DNA of 54,707 nucleotides, taken from positions 1 to 54,707 of the IMG/VR virus record IMGVR_UViG_3300049058_000028; one strand, written 5' to 3'. A program made the translations under genes and the position numbers. The stretch's first letter is position 1, and each line of letters starts with the position of its first letter. The notes under the pieces are model-generated. The model saw nothing but the letters and a program-made list of their open reading frames with translations, ran no database searches and was not told the origin of the DNA. This DNA is from a virus (lineage: Duplodnaviria > Caudoviricetes). Below are positions 16,833-26,079 of this stretch, piece by piece.

Positions 16833-17051
16833 TCATCCTTTAGGTCGATCTTTAGGTTTAGGAAGTGGAGTCCTTTTTGCGCGCCAGTTCTTGATCGCCT
16901 TTCGTGTCTCTGCCTCAGTCGCAAGATTTAGCCTTCGCGGGCGATCCCAATATGGACTATTACACTTCGCGCAGCGTTCCGGTTTCTTTGGTAGTTTAGG
17001 CCACCATGTATAGCCACAACGGAGGCAGGTTAGTTGTTTGAGAGTTGTCAT
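16833..17051 (-). CDS. Zn-ribbon basic protein
   Basis: CLRCGYTW...PERCAKCNSPYW. Confidence 0.75.
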   Translation of the reverse strand: MTTLKQLTCLRCGYTWWPKLPKKPERCAKCNSPYWDRPRRLNLATEAETRKAIKNWRAKRTPLPKPKDRPKG

Positions 17052-17347
17052 TCGTGTTTCAGGTCTGCTGCTTGCTGGTTTGCGATGGCTAGCTGCTTCT
17101 CTCGATACGCCTGTTCATATTGCGGACTCATAAAGCGCCTGTATGTGTTGTCCCATCCGCACTCGCGACACCATTCCTCGAAACCTTTGCCAGCACAGTT
17201 ATCGCAACTGCCGCTAGAACCCCATTCGTCATCTTCATTATCGTCTAGCCAGCCCTCACCGCCGCACGCATTACACTCGCGATAGGCCATTTGACTTTGG
17301 CACTTCGGACATTCGGTTTCGCTGTACTCCCAATCGTGATCAATCAT
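17048..17347 (-). CDS. DnaJ-type CxxCxGxG Zn-finger protein
   Basis: CNACGGEG and CDNCAGKG plus two further CxxC. Confidence 0.75.
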   Translation of the reverse strand: MIDHDWEYSETECPKCQSQMAYRECNACGGEGWLDDNEDDEWGSSGSCDNCAGKGFEEWCRECGWDNTYRRFMSPQYEQAYREKQLAIANQQAADLKHE

Positions 17348-17361
17348 GTGTGCGCCTTAGT

Positions 17362-17593
17362 TAGATTGTTTGCGCGGGCAATCTAGCCAGTTCTTACTTG
17401 TGCGTGTATGACTTCATTCGGCCTCTAGGGATTTATTCCCGACACGCCCGATTACCCGCGCGAAATATAGTGGCCGTTTCTCTCCACGGCCTAAGTCGCG
17501 TCCGTGCCCGACGTTCAGCCCGGCGGCTATCCTCACTCAGGACAACAGCCGCCGATCTGCCGTAGTCCAAGAAGTCGCGGTCTGGTCTCCGCG
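17362..17593 (-). ncRNA. Putative multi-stem structured RNA
   Basis: 12-bp closing stem 17372-83/17450-61, inner stems and three further GC hairpins in a 250-nt gap. Confidence 0.5.
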
Positions 17594-17594
17594 C

Positions 17595-17870
17595 TCACGC
17601 CCGCTGCGATACACTGCGAGGGGCGGATGAAATATCAGTTACCTGGCATGTCGGACAAACGAGTTGCTGGACCCTGCCCTTGTACTGTTCGCGCCAGCCT
17701 TCGCTCTTTGCGTGCTCGTGCGCCAGCCCCTGCGACCATTCCGTGTCGTCCCATTGAAGCGAGGACTCGCAAGGTAGGCCGCATAAATCGCAAGAGGCCA
17801 TGACAGAGGAAACCACGTCAGCCCGATGGCCCTTCGTTGCTGGATAGCGTCGCGTGTGAATACTGAGCAT
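17595..17870 (-). CDS. Zn-finger protein
   Basis: SCDLCG...AKSEGW...VCPTC. Confidence 0.7.
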   Translation of the reverse strand: MLSIHTRRYPATKGHRADVVSSVMASCDLCGLPCESSLQWDDTEWSQGLAHEHAKSEGWREQYKGRVQQLVCPTCQVTDISSAPRSVSQRA

Positions 17871-17873
17871 GGC

Positions 17874-18065
17874 CTACTCCGTGGGCAGCACAATCGCTGC
17901 TAGTTCAAACGCGCGCTCCGGGATCGTGTAATCGCAAGTGTTCTCGTAAAGATCGAAGTGGGCGGCAGTGCCCTCCGCGAGTTCGGTTGCGGTCTCAAAT
18001 TCGGAGACGTGTCGGAACATCCAACTTCGGACACCATTGAATCTCGCTTTGTTTGGGTTTGTCAT
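17874..18065 (-). CDS. Hypothetical protein
   Basis: First gene after the promoter at 18075. Confidence 0.65.
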   Translation of the reverse strand: MTNPNKARFNGVRSWMFRHVSEFETATELAEGTAAHFDLYENTCDYTIPERAFELAAIVLPTE

Positions 18066-18074
18066 GGTGAAGAC

Positions 18075-18107
18075 AAGATAGCACGTCTATATAGCTTTGT
18101 CTATAGC
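18075..18107 (-). promoter_or_regulatory. Sigma70-like promoter with repeated CTATA(TA)GAC boxes
   Basis: TAGACA-N17-TATCTT with extended -10 TG; 9 nt to the ATG. Confidence 0.65.
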
Positions 18108-18355
18108 CTGTGGGATTATTTTATGAATTATTTTTAGTGTGGCAGAAAGGGCTGGACTGCTTGGCTGGTATTTCCTCTTCAAGGCGCTGCCATCTACCCG
18201 ATCTGGATAATTCCTATCAGGCAAAGCATACGCGGTCTGGATGGTTATTGCGTGTCAGTTCGCCCTTCCCTGTGACTTATGGCGTGAGATTGCGAAACGT
18301 TACACGCTCTTTCAGCTTCTCTCTCAATGGTTACTGATAATCGCATCATTTAGCC

Positions 18356-19033
18356 TCAGCTAGTCCGTTCTCGCGCAGATGTTTCGCTGCTTCCTCCATC
18401 CCACGGCATACGCTCCTGTTCATTAAACAACTCGGGTTGGACATCGGGATCGGCAACCAGGATCTCTTCAACTGTGATTTCAACTCGAGCTGGCGATCCC
18501 CAAAGTTTTTCTGGGCAAGGCTTTACTACTTGTGCATCGTCAACCCAACAGATTCCTTTAAGAGCGTCTTCTGTGCCTCTTAAAAGTTTTGTGGCATCTG
18601 GTTTAGTAATTGGATAAGGTGTTTCTCTGCCTAACTTGCTCAACAATCCCGTCGAGGTAAAGTGAGACTCCGGACGCTGACGATAGAACAGCATTGTCAC
18701 TTTAACTGGTCCCTTAAAGACTGGCCCTCCATATTCCTCACGCGCTACCTTTGCGACGTGCTTCTTCCACTTACCGCTTTTAGGATTCGCATCCACCGTG
18801 CTCACCACGATTCCGCCGTTCTTATTTCTGTAGGGCTGTTTCGTCTTCGGATGTAGTGGTACGAACGCCTGTTTACTGCCGGCGGGCTCAGCCTTGCCAA
18901 AGACAACGAATCGGTAACTCTTGCCAACTTGAAGCGCTGGAGAGGCATTCTGAGCTAAAGCCACACCACCTGGCGGTGCTTCTCTTTTTGCTTTGTAGTT
19001 AGCGAGATCTTCCTCGCTCCATCTTGTGGTCAT
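18356..19033 (-). CDS. rusA: RusA-family Holliday junction resolvase
   Basis: KPDATKLLRGTEDALKGICWVDDAQVV catalytic motif. Confidence 0.9.
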   Translation of the reverse strand: MTTRWSEEDLANYKAKREAPPGGVALAQNASPALQVGKSYRFVVFGKAEPAGSKQAFVPLHPKTKQPYRNKNGGIVVSTVDANPKSGKWKKHVAKVAREEYGGPVFKGPVKVTMLFYRQRPESHFTSTGLLSKLGRETPYPITKPDATKLLRGTEDALKGICWVDDAQVVKPCPEKLWGSPARVEITVEEILVADPDVQPELFNEQERMPWDGGSSETSARERTS

Positions 19034-19329
19034 TTATGGAGATCTTTGTTGAGCAGTCTGCGTAGGCCGTCCTCGCCAAGGCGTTTTAGAGCATCACTCA
19101 ACTCGTATTCAATGTCATCCGCACATCCAGTTGGCACGTCAGGGTCGTTAGTAAATGATGGCCGGCGGATGAGGCGTTGCTGACCAAGCGCTTCTAACTC
19201 TGCGGCGGTTGGTGGTGCTGCATGGACCGGCTCAGGCGATCCGCCACAGCATTCTTCCGCTTCCATCTCGTTGTTGTAATCCTGCTCGCATTTGCCGCAG
19301 AACCAATAGGTAACAGGTTCAGGATTCAT
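19030..19329 (-). CDS. Hypothetical Zn-binding protein
   Basis: CGKC...AEECC; ATGA coupling. Confidence 0.65.
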   Translation of the reverse strand: MNPEPVTYWFCGKCEQDYNNEMEAEECCGGSPEPVHAAPPTAAELEALGQQRLIRRPSFTNDPDVPTGCADDIEYELSDALKRLGEDGLRRLLNKDLHK

Positions 19330-19362
19330 GGCCCCCTTCTCTCTTTCGCTTCTGTGCTGCCT

Positions 19363-19587
19363 TCACGGTTGACCGAGCATCTTTTCTCTCACAATGTAGG
19401 GGTAGAGAGCGGCTCGCGCTTCCAGTGTGCAGTTGCAGTTTTCACAAGCATGCCGACATTGCGCGTACTTCTTTAGCGCCTCAACCAGTGCGGCCTTTTC
19501 GATCAAGTGCTGCTCCAGCGCCCTTTTATCTACGTCTGGACTCATGGTTTCTTCTTTCGCTTTCGCCCGAACGGGGTTGGCGCTCAT
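19363..19587 (-). CDS. Hypothetical protein
   Basis: Coupled to the HTH gene. Confidence 0.55.
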   Translation of the reverse strand: MSANPVRAKAKEETMSPDVDKRALEQHLIEKAALVEALKKYAQCRHACENCNCTLEARAALYPYIVREKMLGQP

Positions 19588-19799
19588 AACCGTCCTCCAT
19601 CAATGCGGCGGAAATAGATAACCCGCTCCAGCCCAAACCATTTTAGGATCTTCTCACCGACATCCCGCCTCCCATTTAGAACATCAGAAAGATACTGCTC
19701 TGAAATTCCCGCTTCTTTTGCAAATGCTTTTTGTGAGCCACTCACATTAATTGCGGTCTCAAGCATGGCTCGCATTCTGGTTTCATTAATCTGTTTCAT
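19584..19799 (-). CDS. XRE/Cro-like HTH regulator
   Basis: SQKAFAKEAGISEQYLSDVLNGRR. Confidence 0.88.
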   Translation of the reverse strand: MKQINETRMRAMLETAINVSGSQKAFAKEAGISEQYLSDVLNGRRDVGEKILKWFGLERVIYFRRIDGGRL

Positions 19800-19808
19800 A
19801 TGCGGATT

Positions 19809-19838
19809 AGCGTATTATACTTACGGTAAGATTGTCAA
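19809..19838 (-). promoter_or_regulatory. Promoter with palindromic operator upstream of the HTH gene
   Basis: TTGACA-N18-TACGCT; palindrome CTTAC-n-GTAAG at 19820-19830 in the spacer. Confidence 0.55.
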
Positions 19839-20270
19839 CCGATTATATGGCGGTTTCTTTGCGGCAAGTTCGTATGACGTACCGCCTAACAAGCCTTGTG
19901 CTTTAGCTTGCTTCTGTCCATCAACTGTATCTGAAAATGAATGGTGCCTTCGGCATAATGCTGCTCCGTTTTCAGGTGATCTTTTAAGATCTGGTCTCTG
20001 TGATCGTTTAGCAATGTGATGCGCTTCTAGGTTTTCTTTACCACGCACCTGACATCTTATTCCTGTTTGTTGGTCTACCCACTGACATTGAAGCCCTGAA
20101 TTCCTTAACACTTCATTGCGCCACCTTGTTTCTTCTGGTGTGACGCGGTGCCGCTTCATCCGTGAGCGCTTCATCTGCTTTGTGCCGCGCTTTATTGGAG
20201 AGCGGGCCATTGGCTTGTAAGACGCCTTTGCCTCCGCGAAAGCTGGTGTTTTGAATCCCGAGCGCTTCAT
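19821..20270 (-). CDS. HNH endonuclease-like protein
   Basis: EAHHI...SPENGAALCRRHH; basic N-terminus. Confidence 0.8.
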   Translation of the reverse strand: MKRSGFKTPAFAEAKASYKPMARSPIKRGTKQMKRSRMKRHRVTPEETRWRNEVLRNSGLQCQWVDQQTGIRCQVRGKENLEAHHIAKRSQRPDLKRSPENGAALCRRHHSFSDTVDGQKQAKAQGLLGGTSYELAAKKPPYNRLTILP

Positions 20271-21238
20271 GCTGTTTCGACGGAGAATAACGGAGACTGT
20301 TCAGCCACGGATTGTTTAAGGGCTTCGATTAAGTTCTTTTCGGCTTGCTTGTAATACGATGGTTTTAACTCTATCCCTACCCCCTTTCTGCCCGCCCTCA
20401 CGGCACCAAACACTTCTGAACCCACGCCCATGAAGGGAGTAAGAACCGTTTCGCCCATATTAGACCAGAGGGTTACGATCCTATCAATCACGTCCAACTG
20501 GAGCGGGTGAACGTGCTTCTCATCGTCCTCACTTTTCGATGGTAAGAACGGTAGCACTCTCTCAATTCTGACATCATCCCAAAACGCTGAGGCGTACTGT
20601 CGCCAGATCCAGTGTGAGTATCGGTTCTCTATTTGATTTCCGGTCCATCCCCGATATTTCAGCACGTCGCGCGGCGGGGTTCTCGAACCGGCATACTCCA
20701 ATAATCCCACGGGGTGAGTTATCGGGATTGGGTTTTCACCTTTACGGCGAAACACCAACAGATAATCAGCGGACGCGACTGAGCAACGTGAAGAGTCTTC
20801 GACTATCGTTTTATGCGCGAGGTTCTTTGCCATTGTTCGATTACGAACCGCAAGCGGCTCTTTCCAAATGGCATATCGGGCAATATAGTTGAATCCCTGT
20901 TGTTCATGCAGTCGGATAATGTCGCCTGGGAAATCTCTCAAATAGTCCGTTCCACTATTCCCACTGGGTACGTCCATGCAGTGAACGGCTGTCATGCGGC
21001 CTGGAATTGTCAGTCGTGCTATCTCTCGCACAACAAAAGCGTAGTGCTCAAAAAATTGTTCATAGCTATTGCAGTTGGATAGGTCTTGCTCGTTTGAAGA
21101 GTAGTGGTACAACCCACCGAACGGCGGAGAGTAAATCGACAAGTGTATCCGCTTGTCTGGCAAGGTCTGCATGACCTCTATCGCATCTCCGTTATAAATC
21201 GCATAATCGTCTGTTACGTTTTGGGCCATCACAGCCAT
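20267..21238 (-). CDS. DNA N4-cytosine/N6-adenine methyltransferase (beta class)
   Basis: SPPF catalytic motif near the N-terminus, HVHPLQ, and SAM-binding TPFMGVGS...GIELK. Confidence 0.92.
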   Translation of the reverse strand: MAVMAQNVTDDYAIYNGDAIEVMQTLPDKRIHLSIYSPPFGGLYHYSSNEQDLSNCNSYEQFFEHYAFVVREIARLTIPGRMTAVHCMDVPSGNSGTDYLRDFPGDIIRLHEQQGFNYIARYAIWKEPLAVRNRTMAKNLAHKTIVEDSSRCSVASADYLLVFRRKGENPIPITHPVGLLEYAGSRTPPRDVLKYRGWTGNQIENRYSHWIWRQYASAFWDDVRIERVLPFLPSKSEDDEKHVHPLQLDVIDRIVTLWSNMGETVLTPFMGVGSEVFGAVRAGRKGVGIELKPSYYKQAEKNLIEALKQSVAEQSPLFSVETA

Positions 21239-22638
21239 GTCGGTATCACCTCCGATTGGTTAAGCTGGTAAGAGTTCCTCTCAATGCTTAGTGCGTCGTT
21301 CATGTGCCCAATTAGTTCCGCAAACATTTTGTTTGCCGAGTCCGCCTTTCGAGTCAGGTTTTGCATTATAGCTCGCTCGCCTTCAGTCATTACGATGTCT
21401 ACGTTAACCGGCCGCATCTGACCAAAGCGCCAGAATCTTCGTACGCCCTGATAAAATTGCTCGTAGGAATGCGAGGGGAAAAATGTCATGTGAGCACAGT
21501 GCTGAAGATTCAGCCCCCACGCCCCAATCTTTGGTTTAGTTACCAGCACTCTCGCTTGCCCTGAAATGAAGGCCAAAAACTTTTCCTCTTTACTGTCGTC
21601 AGAGTCTGAGCCGCTAATCTGTATAGCCCCCGGTATTAGTCGCTCCAACAGATCCCCTTCGTCATTCAGATGGCACCAAGCAACGGCTGATTCTCCGGTA
21701 TCGGCTACCAAACTTGCAGCCTTTTCACACCGTTCATTTATCGTGCGGCGCTTCTCTTCTCGTTGCTCTTGAAAGTTTCGGGCGGCGATGGGTAGCAGAA
21801 ACCCCGAAGGAAGAGTCTCGGCCTTTACAACGTGCTCCTTTATATTCAAAGGCGGTAGAATAAAGGGGCCGTCGCAAAATCCTAAGTCAGAAGGTTTGCG
21901 GGTGGCTCTGGCCCATGATGCCACCCATCTCCAAAAAGGCTTTTCTGCGTGTCCCTTGAATCGCCATTTGACCACCTCCCCGTACATGCGACCAGTTGCG
22001 GAGTTGTTATTATCATTCTTAAAGAAGCGGTTCAGCATATCCGTGTAGCCCAACTCACCTAACGCTTCCGCAGATGTGCCCAACTCAATATGATCATTTG
22101 GTGCCGCCGTTGCTGTCGCGAGTAGTCGATATGGAATCCTTCGCATAAATTCTGTAACCGCTAATCGCGTCGCTCCGTCAAATGACTTCAGGATACTGGA
22201 CTCATCGCAGACCACTCCATCGAAATCAGCCGGACGGAAATGGTGAAGCCGCTCGTAATTGGTTACTACGATCCGGGACTTTACGGTGCCGTCAACTGAG
22301 CGGACGCATTCAATGTCGAATTTCTCTGCCTCGCGAACCGTTTGCAAAGATACCGCGAGCGGGGTAAGAATCAATACTGGTTTGTTGGTCTTACGCGCAA
22401 CGTTTTCCGCCCAAACCAACTGCTGCAAGGTCTTGCCGAGTCCGCAGTCCTCGAATAAAGCGGCGCGACCCTTCTGGACAGACCAACTAACTAGGGATTG
22501 TTGAAAGTCAAATAAGCAGTCTGGTATCCAGAGAGGCTCAAATCCGTGATTGTCTCCGAGTTGACGTTTGGTAGTTAGGAATTTGGCGTATGACCGAGTT
22601 TCAGTCTTTAGTGTTGTGCTAAAATTCTTTTCAGGCAA
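21229..22638 (-). CDS. SNF2/SF2-like helicase
   Basis: DCGLGKT, DESS, TATAAPND, GLNLQ, QGVRRFWRFGQ. Start reassigned from the GGAG RBS and TGcTATAAT at 22705-13. Confidence 0.88.
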   Translation of the reverse strand: MPEKNFSTTLKTETRSYAKFLTTKRQLGDNHGFEPLWIPDCLFDFQQSLVSWSVQKGRAALFEDCGLGKTLQQLVWAENVARKTNKPVLILTPLAVSLQTVREAEKFDIECVRSVDGTVKSRIVVTNYERLHHFRPADFDGVVCDESSILKSFDGATRLAVTEFMRRIPYRLLATATAAPNDHIELGTSAEALGELGYTDMLNRFFKNDNNNSATGRMYGEVVKWRFKGHAEKPFWRWVASWARATRKPSDLGFCDGPFILPPLNIKEHVVKAETLPSGFLLPIAARNFQEQREEKRRTINERCEKAASLVADTGESAVAWCHLNDEGDLLERLIPGAIQISGSDSDDSKEEKFLAFISGQARVLVTKPKIGAWGLNLQHCAHMTFFPSHSYEQFYQGVRRFWRFGQMRPVNVDIVMTEGERAIMQNLTRKADSANKMFAELIGHMNDALSIERNSYQLNQSEVIPTWL

Positions 22639-22664
22639 GGGCAATCTCCATTCAGATGCTTGAG

Positions 22665-22877
22665 CTAGAATCGGCAGGGCGTTTTGGGCGTCTTGCCGAT
22701 TTGCATTATAGCAGCATTCCGTTGTTGTCTGAGGAATTCTAATGCCTGCCACGCTCGCGCTAAACTGAACGCATAGCAAAGGAAATCCCTTCCACAATAC
22801 ACCGCGAAGGACAAAGGCTTATTACCCCATGCGTCAGGGTATCTTTGCGGGATTATGTAATAGCGTTTTCTTCGCAT
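22665..22877 (-). CDS. Hypothetical protein
   Basis: Fills the gap between 22880 and the helicase. Confidence 0.5.
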   Translation of the reverse strand: MRRKRYYIIPQRYPDAWGNKPLSFAVYCGRDFLCYAFSLARAWQALEFLRQQRNAAIMQIGKTPKTPCRF

Positions 22878-22879
22878 GA

Positions 22880-23134
22880 TCAGAATCTCGGAGCGTTCTC
22901 AGGATTATCCATAACCATTCTAACTGAACAACAATAGGGCCAAGAGTGGTCAACTATCATTACTGCGGCCTCATCAAGTCCGAACTCTTGGACCGCATTA
23001 CAGATTTTGCAAACGGCAATAACTCCTTCCGGATAGCCAAGCTCAAGAACCTTCATTACGTTAGTTACACGCTTATCGCCTTCCTCTGGATCTTTAGGTG
23101 GCGCTCCGAGTGCTATTGATTGAAGAGATTCCAT
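22880..23134 (-). CDS. Small Zn-binding protein
   Basis: CKIC...WPYCC. Confidence 0.6.
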   Translation of the reverse strand: MESLQSIALGAPPKDPEEGDKRVTNVMKVLELGYPEGVIAVCKICNAVQEFGLDEAAVMIVDHSWPYCCSVRMVMDNPENAPRF

Positions 23135-23142
23135 CTCAGCAC

Positions 23143-23646
23143 CTATGGGAGTTTCTCAAAAATTAACAGCTTATTGTGTTTGGTTATTCCGCAGAGGCGC
23201 CAACCCGCCTCAATGAAGCATCTACCGGGGGGCCACGGACAGTATTCCGCAGAACCGTCGCGCTTCACGCGCCGTCGCGCCGTGTGCAGTTTTCTCGGAT
23301 TTACATATGTATAGAAACGCTCGTTGGGCCACCGGAATCTCGCTAGAGATTCCGCCGCAAGTATGAGATTGCTGCTGGTTGTTGCCGAGTCGTTATGAAA
23401 GGCGGCGCAGTTAACCCCGCACTGCCCATCACCGCTGATAAACTTTCTCCAGACAAACAGTGCGTCAGCAGCTGGCGTGAGTAAAACCATCTTTTCACCC
23501 GGCCCAACAAAGTGGCGAGCCTTCCGTCCGTCAGCATAAGGCCGATAGCTATAATGTGTCTCGAAAATTGTCCGAGCAGTGGGATTTGCGTCTTTACTGT
23601 AAACCCACAGCTCGTCATAGATTTCAAGTGTGGGTTGTCTCGCCAT
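23143..23646 (-). CDS. Mom-like (GNAT-fold) DNA-modification protein
   Basis: HYS near the N-terminus, SSNLI, FYTYVN and PGRCFIEAGW; the HY...TY...GxxxxAAGW-type pattern is that of Mu Mom-like families. Confidence 0.55.
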   Translation of the reverse strand: MARQPTLEIYDELWVYSKDANPTARTIFETHYSYRPYADGRKARHFVGPGEKMVLLTPAADALFVWRKFISGDGQCGVNCAAFHNDSATTSSNLILAAESLARFRWPNERFYTYVNPRKLHTARRRVKRDGSAEYCPWPPGRCFIEAGWRLCGITKHNKLLIFEKLP

Positions 23647-24076
23647 GTTTACACGCTCTGGCACCCATTAGTACGCCATAATCATTTCGCACTTGCTCGT
23701 TATTTGTATTATTACACTTCTCACAAAACCCATGTGTCAGTCGGCGGCTTTCGGGCACCCTCTTATAGAACTCTGATTGTCGTATCGTTTCCCAGGCAAC
23801 GCATAACTCTTCTGGCTTTAGAGGGAAGGTGTTTTTGCGCGTTCGGACCGCCTCCAGATAACACTCGTTTAGCCGATGCTCGGGGATCTTACCGTAAAGA
23901 ACTTCCATAAAGATCGCTGTATCCAACGCGGTCTGTTGTTTTGTTAATTGCTGTCGCCCGACGTTCGACTTAGTGATAATCTCCGCTAGTGCCGCCGCGT
24001 AGGTCCGAGATAAACTCAAGGTTTTCACTATATCGAGCGGCGTTTCGTTCGCTCGCATCAAGTGGTCTAACACCAT
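23624..24076 (-). CDS. Putative helicase loader/inhibitor-like protein with C-terminal Zn finger (start uncertain)
   Basis: FPLKPEEL helical domain and CEKC...ACKH; follows an initiator-like gene. Confidence 0.4.
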   Translation of the reverse strand: MVLDHLMRANETPLDIVKTLSLSRTYAAALAEIITKSNVGRQQLTKQQTALDTAIFMEVLYGKIPEHRLNECYLEAVRTRKNTFPLKPEELCVAWETIRQSEFYKRVPESRRLTHGFCEKCNNTNNEQVRNDYGVLMGARACKHGETTHT

Positions 24077-24557
24077 TTGGTTGTATCCTCCCGATGTCTT
24101 TCTTAACTGTTAACCAACTAACACGCCAGTTCCCATTTGATTGCTCAAGTTGTGAGTTGTACTTTTTGATTGCCAGTTCCGGTGTAAACGATTCCAGTAT
24201 CCACTTGATTGCTGCTCCCTGTGCGCCCGGATCGGGTATTGGACCGACAATGTTTCGAGCGTGATGCGCCATTAATTGCTGAAACGGAGTCTCAACTTTG
24301 GGTGAAGTATTGCTGGCTGGACTTCGAGATCCTGAGCCGCCCCCTGTCTTTAGCTTGGCGATATATTGATTCGTGAAGTTTAATCCTCTCCGCATCGCCT
24401 CATCATTTACTAATTCGACTTCCGCCATGATGCGGTAGATCTTCTTATCGCGCTTTGGGCCATGCTCCTGAGCCATTGTTTTCTTGAGAGCGTTCAAAGC
24501 TTTCTGCAAAGTAGTTGCCAGTGTTTGAAGGGATGCGCGTTCAGGAGAATCTGTCAT
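23970..24557 (-). CDS. Replication initiator-like hypothetical protein
   Basis: Helical C-terminal domain after a Gly/Ser linker; position supports the call only weakly. Confidence 0.4.
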   Translation of the reverse strand: MTDSPERASLQTLATTLQKALNALKKTMAQEHGPKRDKKIYRIMAEVELVNDEAMRRGLNFTNQYIAKLKTGGGSGSRSPASNTSPKVETPFQQLMAHHARNIVGPIPDPGAQGAAIKWILESFTPELAIKKYNSQLEQSNGNWRVSWLTVKKDIGRIQPNGVRPLDASERNAARYSENLEFISDLRGGTSGDYH

Positions 24558-24570
24558 GAATGACCCTTCT

Positions 24571-24825
24571 TTATTTGAACAGCTCTTTGCCTTCTCGCTG
24601 ATACCACATATCCGCTTCTTCTGGGGTTGCGTCAAAGTCTCCGTTCATTGCCCGTGCGGCCAATTCGTGTAATTTAGCGGCTTGCAGATCCAGCACAAGC
24701 GACTGAAGCGGAGTAGCAATGGGCGATTCGAAGTCATCGTAGTAACCCGCGCGGGCTTTGTTTACCATGCTCTGCGGTGCGTTTGCTTCAATCAGAGCTC
24801 TTGCCAGTTTTTCTTTTGTGTTCAT
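24571..24825 (-). CDS. Conserved phage hypothetical protein
   Basis: GAGGAG RBS; ARAGYYDDFESPIATP...NGDFDATPEEADMW. Confidence 0.7.
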   Translation of the reverse strand: MNTKEKLARALIEANAPQSMVNKARAGYYDDFESPIATPLQSLVLDLQAAKLHELAARAMNGDFDATPEEADMWYQREGKELFK

Positions 24826-25402
24826 TTCTAATCTCCTCAAGTGTTGCGGGCAGATCATCAAGGTTGGCAATGGTTCCAGCGAAGGCACTTGGACTCTCAG
24901 CTTGTGCTGCGCCCAAATCCGCATTGCCCTCCCATCCAGGCGGCGCGGAAATCAAAACGTAGTTACTATCTGCGTCTTCTAGGCCACAATCGCCGCGTTT
25001 GGCGTGTGCTTCACAGAACCGCCTATGGTACTCCGGTAAGTAGTCTCGTTTCGGCATCTTATCACCGTAGGGCTGATAGAACTGATCTATGATTCGATAT
25101 TCGACAATCCCATCCTCAGAGCATCCAGGTTGCGCACACTTAGACTTAAAGAGGTTGTGATCTCCTGAGAATCCCTCATCAGACATTTCGTGTAAGATCG
25201 CGGGCAGGAAGTCGGCTGCGTAGTGCAACTTACTAAAACTCCGATCTTTCAGCAGCACGCCCTTACGAAAGACTTCCACCAACGCAGATACGCGCCACTC
25301 GTCGCCGCTCATGCCGCTCGTCTTGTAGCGCGGTTTTACGCTGATTCTAATTTCGTCAAACCACTCATCGTCATCATGTCGCTTGTAGTTCGGTAAAGTC
25401 AT
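24788..25402 (-). CDS. Hypothetical protein with CxxxGC...CxxH Zn motif
   Basis: 204 aa ORF; AGGA RBS. Confidence 0.7.
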   Translation of the reverse strand: MTLPNYKRHDDDEWFDEIRISVKPRYKTSGMSGDEWRVSALVEVFRKGVLLKDRSFSKLHYAADFLPAILHEMSDEGFSGDHNLFKSKCAQPGCSEDGIVEYRIIDQFYQPYGDKMPKRDYLPEYHRRFCEAHAKRGDCGLEDADSNYVLISAPPGWEGNADLGAAQAESPSAFAGTIANLDDLPATLEEIRNEHKRKTGKSSD

Positions 25403-25436
25403 TACGGGAATTTTGTCCTTTCGTGGAGTTCTAGGC

Positions 25437-25640
25437 TTAATCGTTTCGTTTGTAATGCGCGCTTATGTGTGGTGTGCTGGCAAAATCAAAGTCAGCATCT
25501 ATTTCGACTCCAATCTCCCAATAAACCGCATCGGGATACGCAGCCTTGAATTTCTCTTCTGCTTCAAATAGACACTCCGCGTCAATTTCTGCGGTTTTTA
25601 CCAATTCGTTAGATTCGTGGTAAATAATCTGAAATGTCAC
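25437..25640 (-). CDS. Small acidic protein
   Basis: EIDAECLFEAEEKF pattern. Confidence 0.6.
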   Translation of the reverse strand: MTFQIIYHESNELVKTAEIDAECLFEAEEKFKAAYPDAVYWEIGVEIDADFDFASTPHISAHYKRND

Positions 25641-25821
25641 AAGACACTCTCTCTTCTATATACCTGTGTTTGCGAAAGAGCCCGCTGCTCGTTTCCGCAT
25701 TTCTGTGAACAACATGCCGCGTCCGACCACATACCCGTGACGTGTGCGAACCCATTCAGCAACGGTCAATTCCTCGGTTTTCTTTATTGATCCGTTGCTG
25801 GTTTTCAGCGAGGAGAATCTG

Positions 25822-26079
25822 TCACGACAACCAGTCCTCCAATTTCTTGTCGTAATCGGGCATCACGGCCCTCCGGCGTCTCAAGATTCGTTCGCGCTCG
25901 GTTTCCTCGGTAAGTGTGTGCAGGTCTGGGCGCTTATGTTCATTAGTGCAAGGGTGAACATGGGGGAACGGGTTTGGATGAAAGGCGCAACCGCAGGGCG
26001 CGTGCCACTCGATATGAGTCTGTTCGGGATCTCGGTGTCCGTTCTCACCCCAGGCGAGCCCCAACGGCTTTTCTACCAT
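25822..26079 (-). CDS. His/Cys-rich hypothetical protein
   Basis: CGCAFHPNPFPHVHPC. Confidence 0.5.
   Translation of the reverse strand: MVEKPLGLAWGENGHRDPEQTHIEWHAPCGCAFHPNPFPHVHPCTNEHKRPDLHTLTEETERERILRRRRAVMPDYDKKLEDWLS

Noticed and set aside
18122-18345. Possible decayed Zn-finger gene (ELTRNNHPDRVCFA**) and + strand ORF 18110..18337
   Set aside because: Multiple stops, no clear start or RBS; too weak to call.
22639-22797. Helicase N-terminal extension
   Set aside because: It overlaps ORF 22665..22877 and an extended -10; the RBS supports a later TTG start.
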